Source: a virus
Lineage: Duplodnaviria; Caudoviricetes
Length of the DNA: 49,670 bases
Strand: one strand, 5' to 3'
Virus record (IMG/VR): IMGVR_UViG_3300020733_000023
Span: 1 to 49,670 of that record
The notes under the pieces are model-generated. The model was given only the letters and a program-made list of their open reading frames with translations. It ran no database searches and had not been told where the DNA came from. Position numbers and translations under genes: made by a program. Positions 18,001-30,000 of this stretch are shown here, one piece after another; within the stretch, counting starts at the first letter, position 1, and every line of letters begins with the position of its first letter.

Positions 18001-21000
18001 GTGCTTGGCTAATTGCTATGGTATTGCCAGAAATTGTTGTAATATAGTAGAATGAATTAGTATTCAAATTACCAAATAGGTTACCACCAATTGTAGTAGC
18101 TAATGTGCCTGAGCTAGCATTAGCTAAGGTTACAGCCGATCCACCTTGTGTTAGACCAATAGTGATATTAGAGCTTACTATTGACAAGACATAGTAAATT
18201 TGACTGTTAACAATACCGCTACCAACTAGTCCTGTACCTGCAAATACAATTGGTTGTCCAACTGAAACACCTGTTACGCTTGACAATGTTACAGTGTTGC
18301 CTGATGAACTTGTAGCTGTAGCATTAGGTGTTACATATCCTGGGCCGCCTGCCGAGTAAGTTGCTGATACACTAGCGTTAGTTAATACTGGAAGAACTGT
18401 TCCACCGTATGTTGCACTAACTGTAATTGTACCGCCTGCACCTGGAGTAGGAATTGTTAATACAAAGTATGTTTGACCACTAGTAATACCTGTACCTGTT
18501 AATGTACCACTGAATGCAATGGCTTGTCCAATTACTAGTGCTGCTGTATTACCAACAGTGATCAAGTTACCTGTTGCATTAGTAGCTGTGACAGTACCTG
18601 GGATAGATGCTGCACTGAATGTTACTGGCTGTCCAACTGTTAGACCAGTTGTAGAAGCTAACTGTACAGTACCTTGTATGTTTGCTGTATTAGTTGTACC
18701 AGTACCGACTGCAAATGTGCTGCCCGATGGTGTTTGACTAATAGTCATTGTAGTACCGCTGGCAGTTAACACATAGTAAACTATTCCTGCAACAATATTA
18801 CCAGAACTTGAACTAAATGTAACTGGTTGGCCTGCAGCAATACCTAAACCATTTACTGTGCTAGTTGTAGTGATATTATTACCGCTAGTTGATGTAACTG
18901 CAACAGTATTTGTAGGCAATGAACCAGTTGATGATACAGGAAGCTGTACTGGATTACCGGCAACAAATGTAGCTGTTGATAATGATGCACCTGTGATACT
19001 TAGGTATGAGCCATTATATGTTGTTGACAATGTAATAACACCTGGAATACCTGAACCAATTACGTCTACAATAAAGTATTGTGTAGTACCTGTACTAATA
19101 CCACTAGCACCTGTAGAACCACCAAAGCTAATTGTTTCACCTGCTACAAGCCCATAAATTGATGCTACTTGTACTGCACCTACGATAGTAGCTGTACCTG
19201 TGCCGCCTTGGCCAGCTGTAAATGCGCCACCACCGCCTTGACTTGTAGTAATATTAATACTTGTTGTGTTATAGCTACCGGGTGATCCTGAAGTATCTTT
19301 AGTTTGGTTAATATTTACAAAGTATGTACCAGTACCACCACTACCTGAATTGTTTGCAACAATCATTGTATTAGCAGTGATTGTACCACCACTTAGATAC
19401 ATACCAGGAGTTACTGTACCGCTACCAACTGTAGTTACTGTTAGCAACACTGGAGTTGCAGTAATAGTAGTTGATGTCTGTGATACAGTGGTGTTAATTG
19501 TCCATGTACTTGATGAGCTTGTACCTGTACCTGTTAAGTTAGATACAATGTATACGCTGGTACCAATCGAACCACCACTTAATACCATACCTGTTGTGAT
19601 ACCTGTACCTGTTGGTACGCTGGCTACAGTCAATGTTGTACCTGAAATACTACCTGTAAATGTAGTAGCTGTTCCTGGAGCAATATATCCATTGATACCT
19701 GCTGAATTTAGAGCTTGGATAAAGTAGGTTGTACTAGTAGATACGTTACCGAACGCTGTGCCAAATGTTACTGGCTGTCCAACACCAAATCCAAGGCCTT
19801 GTGTATTAATAGCAATGTTACTACCCACAGATCCAGCAACTGTTGGAGTACCTGAACTGTATGTGTTCAATGCACTACCTGAAATTGCGTAGCTTGCTGA
19901 GAATGTTGGCGGTGTGCCAAATGATGCTATAGTATTAACTACAATCGCTGTACCGCCTACTGTATTAGCAACTGTAATAGTACCATTAGCGCCGGGTGTT
20001 GGAATTGTCAATATAAAATATTGTTGTCCAGCAGTTAAATTAGTACCGGATACATTTCCACTTAGTGTAATACTTTGTCCAATTACCAATCCAGTTGTAT
20101 TGTTAACTTGGATTAAATTACCGGTTGCATTAGTTGATATTACTGTACCGCTAGTTGTTGTAGGAGCACTAAAGTAAATTGACTGCCCAGTTACTGCACC
20201 TGTAGTACTTGCTAGAGGAACAATGTTAGCACCTGACGCAATAGTACCAACTGCTAGTACTGCACCAGCTGAACTAGTCCATGAACCATTAGCACCGGTT
20301 GTCACATTGAACGTAGGAGTTAGTGTAGCACTTGTACTTAATGTCAATGTACCGTTAGCACCAGGTGTTGGAATGCTTGCAATATAGTATGTTGTACCTG
20401 ATGATAGACCACCAAATACACTACCAAATGTTGTAGCATCTGTACGACCTGTTGTTGTAGTTAATGTTAAATTATTGCCTAAGTATGTTGCACTAACACC
20501 AATTTGATTAGTTGCGCTAATAACTGATGTTACATAGTAGGTTGTTAATGCTGTTAAACCACCGTTAGATGTAGTTGGAATAAATGATTCACCGATTACA
20601 ATACCTGTTGTGTTAGCTAGAGTAACTAGATCAACAGTACCGTTTATTGCTTGGCTAGTCTGTGTTGGAACTGTTGTACCAACCCAGTTACTAATACTCC
20701 AAGTAGAACCGTTTGTACTACCACCTGCTAAGTTAGCTGTAATGTATGTGCCAGCTGGTATTGTACCGCCTGTGATTACCGCGCCAACTACTATAGTACC
20801 AGCAGTGATTGTACCAATAGTCAATGTAGTACCACTAATACCTGAACCTGTTGTGGTAAATGTAGCGTGTGTAGTTGCAGTTAAGGTTGGTGTTTGAATT
20901 ACGCTTGTAAATGTAATAGCTTCACCTGTTGCTAGACCAGTTGTAGAACTAACTGTAAACAAGCCCGGAGTACCTACAGCAGCACCTGTTAGTGTTGGTG

Positions 21001-24000
21001 TTACTGCCGCACTGCTTAATGCTGTGGCAAATGTTACGCTGGTCTTAGTAGCAGATTGTACAACCCAGTTTGCATTCAATCCTGGAGGGTTAGCACCAGT
21101 AATTGTGATAGTTTGATTTGGAACAAATGGCACTGCTGCCTGCGCCGCAAATGTCAATGTGCCAATCGTACCTGTTAGTACTCCGCCGGTAATTGAGATG
21201 CTTTGTGAGCTATTTTGACTACCGTTTATTGTGCTGACTAACGCAGTTCCAGTGAACTGTATTGGTTGTCCTGGTACTAGTGTTGCTGTACTTGGAACAG
21301 TAATTAAGTTACCTGATGTACTTGTAGCACTTGGTGTTAGTGTTGCTGAACCATATAGATCGTTAACAGCCATACCAGTATAAACACCAGAAGTGTTTGC
21401 TACAGTGATCGCAGCTGGAATTACACCGCCTACTACAGTACCGGTTGTAGCAGTAGTACTCACCGTTGTCCATAATCCTGGAGTAGCTGTTGTTACAAAT
21501 GCTGTAATTGTGCTTGGTGTTACTAGACCAGTTGTAGTATATGTTGTGCTAACTGAACCACTACCTAGTGTATAGGTAAATGCTGAAGTAGTTGTTACTG
21601 TAATAGCTACGTTGGTAGCATCTAAGCCGCTTGTACTATTAGCAATAGTTACGTTATAGGTAAATGTTACACTACCGCCTGTTACACCTGCTGTTAACGC
21701 ACTGCTTAATGTTAATGTAGAACCGTTAATAGCTGTAATTGTAGAGCCAATCACAAATCCAGTACCAGCTGATACACTCATACCTACCATTAGGCCTGAT
21801 GTGCTATTAACTGTTACGTAGTTAGTATTGATTAAACCAGTAGCTGTTGTTGTTACTCCGCCGATTGTTAAACCGTGTGCAACTGTTGTGTAGAATGTAC
21901 CTGTACCGCTTGGAGTACCACTGTTAGTAGCACTTAGTATTACTACGTTGCCTGGTGAAGTATAAATTGCTGTTACTGTACCGCTTACGTTTGTACCAGC
22001 TACGTTTGTGCCTACAGTAATACCTGCTGTACTACCAACTGTTACTGCGTTGTTACCAAATGTACCTGTTCCACTTGGATTTGAACTGTTAGCTACAGTT
22101 AACAGCACTGTAGATGTTCCGTCCCATGAATTTGAAACAGTTGCATTAGCACCGATACCTGTACCAGTTACTAGCATACCTTTGTAAATGCCAGTTGTTG
22201 AGCTAACAGCAATAGTAAACTGTCCTGATAGGCCAACAATGCTTGTTGTTACAGTTGCAGTAGCCAATGTAGTTTGAACAGCAGTACCAGTATTAACTGT
22301 TACTGTTGAACCTGAACGTGCTGTTGAGTAAAAATTAAATGTACCATAACGTTGTACAGTTGATGTACCTGCACTACCTACACGAGCAACTGTACTTACC
22401 GCTGCGGTACCAACACGTGAAACGCTAGCAATTGAAGCAGCACCAACACGACTTACGCTTGATACTGATAATGGAGCTGATACGTCATCGCTAATTGCCA
22501 TGAATGTACCTTGTCCGTATGTAACATTTTTCCAGTTTTGTACACTTGGAAGGCCAGCACCAGGTGAGAACCATGTAGTACCAAAGTCAATACTATATGC
22601 ACTTACAGTGCCTGTACCAGAGACAGCAACGAAACGACCATTACCATAGGTTACACTAGTCCAATTCTGTGAACTTGGTAATGCTCCACCTACTGTCCAT
22701 GTATTACCATTTAAGGAAACTGCTGTTGCAGTATTATTTGAAATTGCTACAAAATATCCGGCACCGTATGCTACACTAACATATGAACCTAGTGCTAGTG
22801 AAGGAATAACTTTACTAATCCAGCTTAGTCCGTCTGATGAACTTGCTGCTAAGTTAGTACCACCTACTGCTACCCATGTTGGAGTAGAACTAATTGTACC
22901 ATATGCTGTTGCAACAAATCCTACGCTTGGTAATGAACCGCCTGCTGTCCAAGTTCCTGCTAAGTTTGCTGGAGTTTGGTACGCTGTATTGATAACACCG
23001 TTAGCTGTTGCAATAAATTTAGCATTTGTATCTGTAATAGTTACAGTTGGAGTACTTGTGTAACCAGAACCAGTAGTCAATAATCCAATAGTCGATACAC
23101 CGGTATTGCTTATTGTAGCAAGAGCAGTAGCTTGACTGCTTGATCCACCGCCTGATATTGTAACGTTTGGAGCGATACAATAGTCTTGGCCTGCACGATT
23201 AACAATAATGCTGGTCAATCTGTCTGTTGCTGCTGTTACAGTTGGGACTGTTAAGTAGCCGCTACCTGGAGATACTACTGTTACTGATTGAACTACACCG
23301 TTTAATACTATTGCTGTTGCTACGGCATTTGATCCGCTTGCACTTGTAAACACGATAGTTGGAGCTGTTAAGTAACCTGTACCACCACTAACAACTGTTA
23401 CTGATGCAATTTGATTTGATGCAAGTCCAGTACCTAGTGTACATGACAATACACAACCAACACCACCTAGTCCACCAACAACTGCTGTCGCTGTTGCACC
23501 TTGGCCGCCACCGTATGTAAGTGACTGCCAGTTTTGTGATGTAGGCAATTGACCACTTAATGACCAATTTTTACCATCCGATGAATAAGCTGCTGTATTT
23601 GCACCTAATGGTGTACCAGAAACTGCCACATAATAACCGGCAGCATAAGTTACTGCGGTCCACTCTTGTGTACTTGGCAGTGTTCTTGCTGTTGCAGTAT
23701 ATCCAGGAGCTGAATATGTAATTCTTGGCTCAATAATATACTGTGTAGTTAAGTCAAGGGCGTTACTGATTGTCTTACCTGGAACTACGTGATCCCAACC
23801 AGCTGCTACTACTGTCATCGATCCACTAGAATTACTTAGAGTTATCGGAGTACCGTTAGTTGTTAACGCAACTTGGAATGTTGTACCATTAGGTGATAGT
23901 GATGTACCTATTACATAGTATGGTGTATTTCCTGGAGTTGCTAGAGAAATGTTACTTCCTCCCAACAAGTTGCCAGTGAACCAAATTGGCATGTTATTAT

Positions 24001-27000
24001 ACAACGAGTTAGTATTGCCGCTAGCCAATGTAAATGCATTGGTTGAAGCACTTGTACTAGCCACTGTCAGGCTTGTAAATGATTCTTTAGCAATACACAT
24101 TACTTTGCTACCGTTGTTATAAGCAACGATAAATCCAGTTTGTCCTACACCAGAACCAGCTGTTAATAAAATACGCTCACCGATATATGCTGTAGCTAAT
24201 TGTAAGTCAGTCCCTGCAATAGTAATACTGTATGTATTACCGCCCTGTCCAATATTAGACTGTGCTAGATAATTTGCACCACCAACACCGTTGCCATCAT
24301 TAAGATCAATTAAGCGTGATTCAAATACTGCTCCATCACGGAATTCATTACCGACTGCAACAGTGTTATAACCTGTACCACCGATTGTATACTGTACGTT
24401 AGTATAGTTTTGACCGGCATTTTCGTATTCCATACGTAGTACTTGAGTTACGTTATCTGTTAATACGTTAGTAATGTAAGCACCGTTAGCACGATTGTTT
24501 AGATTAGCATATAATGGTACTTCATATGAGTCAACACCTTCAGCGATAACACCATATGTACCATATGATGAGTTACCATTGGTAGCACGAATCTTACCAC
24601 CTAGCTCTGCTAGGTAACCAGAGTAACTATAGTAACAGAATACTGAAACAAGTTCTGTTAGGGCGCCTGAACCAGTACACCATGCACCAATACCGTCTGA
24701 CATAATTGTTGTATAGTCGTTAGCAACAATAGAGCGGTTACCACCTGCGTGTAGCGCACCATCAATCTTAAGACCTGTACAGCCATTACCGAACAATGTT
24801 ACGTTTTGAACATATGTAGAACGGCTTGATACCCAAGCATTTGAGTCATAAGGACCAAAACCTGGATCTAGTGATGTGTATGCTCCTGCTGTTGGACGTT
24901 GAGTTCCATAGGCATTTGGATTAGTTAATGTACCATTTAGGCCGGTTAGTGTCATATTTCTTACACCGCAACCGTTACGTACTAACCACATGTTGCTTAA
25001 TTGTGAACCGTTAACTGCGTTGTACAATACCTGAGCTACTCTCAAACTTCTGTAGTTACCTGTATACTGTAAATCATAGATAAGTGCATTTAGGAAATAG
25101 GTAATATCGCTTCTTGTTTGAGCTGGCTGATGGTAGTATGCTACTGTCAGTGTTGGACTAGCTACAGATGTAAGAGCTACTGTTGAATAAGTTGTACCAG
25201 TATTGGTATTTAAATATCCTTCAACTGTTGTAATCGTAAATGTTGTTGTAGTAGGAGTACTAGCAACATAGTAGACTGTATTAATTGCAATATTTCCAGC
25301 TGCTGTTCCTGAGAATACTACTGGATCATTTACATTTAAGTTATGATTACCGCTAGTTGTAATTAAATTACCTGTAGCTGATAAAGTTGATACTGTGCCG
25401 CCATAATTAGCTGCGTAATAAGCAACTACTTCGCTTGCTAGGAATGGAATATTAGCACGTAATATTTCTGCACCTTTGATTAAGTTAACATTATTATTGT
25501 ATGATACTGTGCCATTAACTTCTGGTTTTACAGTATTGCTAGCCGATGATAGGTAACCAACAACTAGATTAAACAAGGTGTTTACAGTAGTAGCTTGGCT
25601 AGTATAAGGACTTAGTGTGCTTCCAACTAATGTTGCTAGATAGTTCAAGGCAGCAACTGTAGCTTTCTTTTCGTATCCTTGTACTAGATAGTCTTGTGTA
25701 CGGTTATAAGCACGTCCTGCTGTCATACTTGCAAAATTGCTACCTAATAACATATCGTATAGCGCGGCGCGAGTAACCTTAACTGTGTCACGTTGTGCAT
25801 ATGTTGAGTTATATGTTAATGATGGGTAGTTTGTATTAATATATGTCACTACCTGTGTTTGATAACTTGATGCTAACGCTGCACTAGCTGCCTGGAAAGC
25901 TGCTAGGCTAGTTGTGCCAGCCCATGCAATGTTTGGCATGTTAACAGTCTGCACTGCAATGGATAATCCGGTACCGTTAGTAAATGATGTTAGTGTAGCA
26001 CCATTATAGCTAGCAGCTAGTGTAAATGATGATGTAGTTGGAACACTGGCAACAAAATATGTTGTACCAGAACCTATTACTGTTGATACTAATCCATTAC
26101 TTGTTGTCTGCGGAATAACAATATCGCCAATACTTAGACCGTGTACTGAACCAGTTGTAAATGTTGTGCCGCTAGCAATAGTTGTTACTGTTGCTGTAGG
26201 AGCACCTGTTGTCAACCCGTTAGTAATATAATTGGTTACGATTGTAAACAAGGCAGCAGCATTTGTAGCCACTGGTGCATTACCTATGGTCTGTATTGCT
26301 CCTGCTAATACCTGTGTTACTGTACCTTGTAACGGACTAACTACTGCTGAGTTTACAACAATACTCTGTACTAGTGTGCTAGCATAGCCAACAGTTGCAC
26401 TAAATGCTGTGCCAAATCCGCTAGTAATTTGAGTACCGTAGATTGCTGAATAGTATGCCATACCAGCTTCTTGAGTTTGCCAGTTGCCACCGTATAGTAA
26501 ATCATAGTGGATAGCATCTAGAATATAACCCATATCACGTTGAGTTTTTGCAACTGTGTAATTAGGATTAGTTGTAATGCTTGAATAATTAGCGTTAATA
26601 TAAGCAATAAGTTCAGCTAGAATAAATGAACGATTAGATTCTAATAGACGTAATGCACCATGAACAGACGATTCTGTTACTGCTACGATTGCGCCAGTGC
26701 TAGCTTGTGAAACAGTTAGTACAATATCGTTGCTTGGTGATACACCACCAATTTGTGTACCAAGAATTTTAATTGTGTTACCAACTGAGTATCCTGATCC
26801 ACCTGCATTTACAATAGTACCATTGACTGTTGTTATTGTTCCATTACCGTTGTTGTAACGTGTAATGTTAAATGTTGCACTAGAACCTGTACCTGTTAAA
26901 TTTGTACCGGCAACAGCTGAATATGTAATGCCAGATGGCAATGCAGGCTGTGGCCAAGTTGGTAATGGAGGTGCTACACCGCCAACTAAGAATGCATTAA

Positions 27001-30000
27001 TGTCATCAATAGTTGTTTGTATTTGTGCTACTGCACCACTAGCTGCAATTTGTTTAACTTTATAATACTGGAAGTTAATTGCTCCAAGTGTTGGTGCTAG
27101 TTCAGGGTAACTACGTACCGCAATATCGCTGGCGTTAGTACGGCAATATGCACGACCGCATTGAATAGCATTAAAGTTACTGCCAAAAATCATGTCATAT
27201 GCTAGGTAAGTTGCTGTTAGGCCAGCATCACGTTGTGTTAGCGATGTGCTTAGTGTTACATTTTGATAATACTTGGTTACCCAACCTAATGTATCTAATT
27301 GGATATTGTTGTTAACGATTTGTGCGTTAACTGCGGCAAAAGCTGCTTGTAGATCAGAAGTAACCCAACCAGTGTATGGATATGTGATTGTATCAGCTGA
27401 TCCATTAGAGATCCAGTCAATTACCATTGTTAGCAATGCCTGAGCATAAGTTGCTGCACTTGAACTACCTGCACTACCACTAGTTACTTGTGTAATAGTT
27501 GTATTTGTTGGGGACACTACCGATGCTGTTACTACACTACCTATAACGGTTTGCAAACGTGTGATAGCTTGAATAAATGGAGCCTTTTCACTAGCAAGAA
27601 TATTTAGAGCATAAAATGAATAGTATGAACTACCAGCTCTTTCACTCATTGAATTACCACCATAGGTCATATCATAAACGATAGAATCTAAAATAGTTGC
27701 TAAGTCTCTGTATCCGCTAACAGTATTTGTAGAACCTTCTGCAGACCAAATTGATGCGTAGTTAGTCTGTAAATAACCTAGTGCATCATTGACTAAGAAA
27801 CTATAGTTTTGTTTAATTTGTGCAACACCGTTAGCATAACCTGCTGTTGAACCTGTTAGGTTACCTGTACATGCATATGCTACGTTAGTCAATGACCCAG
27901 CTGCCCAACCTGTTGGACTTGGCATTACGATTACAGGAGTATCACCAGTACCGCTTGCTACGATATCATATAATGTAGTATACGCTGTCTTTAAATTAGT
28001 GATAGCCGCAGTACTACCTGTACTAGCTGCTGGTAATGATGTTACCTGACTAGTTGTATTACCACTTGTTGGAGTAATAGTAGTATTACTCATCAAGTTT
28101 GGTATTAACGACTGGATGCGAGTTAGAGCAGCAGCATTCTTAGGAATAACTGTAGCTAACTGAGTATCTGCAGCCATTGGTTGCACTACAGTTGAACGTA
28201 ACTCATCGCCAACTAATGCAGTGAAACTTGGCACGTTGATTGGCAATACTTCGTTATAAGTTCCTGTTTTAATACTGATAGTTGTTTGCGGATTAATCAC
28301 TGTAGGAATAGCAGTTGTAGTACCGGCAAGTAATCCAGTAGTAACAATGCTAATATAACTTTGTGTCTGAGTTATTGTATTAGCCTCAGCTGTATAGTTA
28401 ACATTAATCTGTTGAATTGCTTGGTTGCCAACTGAAATACCGTTTAGTGTTTGATAGTTACTACCAGGAGCAGTATTAGATAATACCAAACCTGTTAGTG
28501 TTGACAAGTAGTTCAATGCGCCAATGAATACATTTGCTTGTGCTTGAACTGCTGTGTTAATAAATGTATTACCAGCTGTGGTAAAATACGCTAAAGCCGC
28601 TGCTGTAGTTTTTGATGTACCACCATGACCTAGATCAAATATAAATGCATCAATAACAATGCCTGCATCACGTGCAACTTCGCTAGCTAGTGATGTATAG
28701 TAGCTGACTGTTGTTGTACCTGTACCAGTTGCATTTAGAGCAGCACCGTTAAGTGTTGCAGAAACTGTAAAGCTGGTATTATTAGTAATTGCTTTTACAT
28801 AATAAGTTGTTGTTGTGCTTACAGCAACACCGGTTAATAAGAAACTTTGAGCACTTGCAAATCTAATTGGCTGACCTAATGTTAAGCCTGCTGTATTTGA
28901 TGTTAAGAAAGCGCCAGTACTTGTACCGGTAACTGTTGCATTGTATGTATAAGTCACATAGTTAGAAACTTCTTGCATCATGAACTGTTTGTTCATTTGT
29001 AACAGCATTTGTGCTTGTGGGTTTTGATAACCAGCTTCGATCTGTTGGCAAGCATAACGTACAGATTGCCATGGAGTGTCAATGCTTAGACCATACCCTG
29101 GAGCAGGAGCATCTGTACCTGTAGGAGCAACATATACTAGATTATTAATTAGACCATATGTTGACCATGTAGGATAACCGTTTGTAACACGTAAAATTTG
29201 ACCATTGCTGCCAATTGGTAAACGTGTAGGACCGTTAGGACCGTAGTAGAATGTATCACCCTGTGTTGTTAGTGTAGCAACTTCAGCACCTGATGCTAAT
29301 AAGTTCCAGAATGAAGCAGTTAAGTCGCTATCTGGACGATTGGCAGTTGCTGATACGTGTGTTTGTACGCAAGTATAGCTGCTAGCACCCCAGAATGTTA
29401 CATCGCCTAGGTTATATGTTTGACCAGCTTGCCATGTTGAAGCAAATCCAGTAAATGTAAAGTTACCTGAAGTAATTGCACCAGTTGTTGTACCAACAGT
29501 GATTAAAATATCATTGGCTGGACTTAGACCGCCTACTAGATTACCTGCAATCTTAAGTACATTACCCGCAGCATAACCGCTACCACCGCTAGTTAATGTA
29601 ACAGTGTATACAGTTCCCGAAGTTTGTACAGAGAATGTTGCTGAGCTGCCAGTACCGGTTACAGTTGTAACAGTTGGTGCAGAGAATGTTTGTGGATAGT
29701 TAGTCCATTGGAAACCGTTGTTTAATCTTGCCCAGTACGAACCATTTGGAGGTTGCACTGCTATTACCGCAGTCATTAGACCTGAAGCTGGCACTAATGA
29801 TAACGCATTACCTGCTTGGGTAGTTGCAATAGTAAAATGTGTACTGTCTGGAACACTTTGAACATAGTATGTAGCTGTTCCAACAACACCGCCTTGATAT
29901 CCACCAGCAACGCCAGTACGTGTGCCTGAACTTGTGCTTGTTAGTGTAATTGGCGAACCTTGGAAATTCAAGCTAACAACGATTTGTGCGCCAGCAATAG

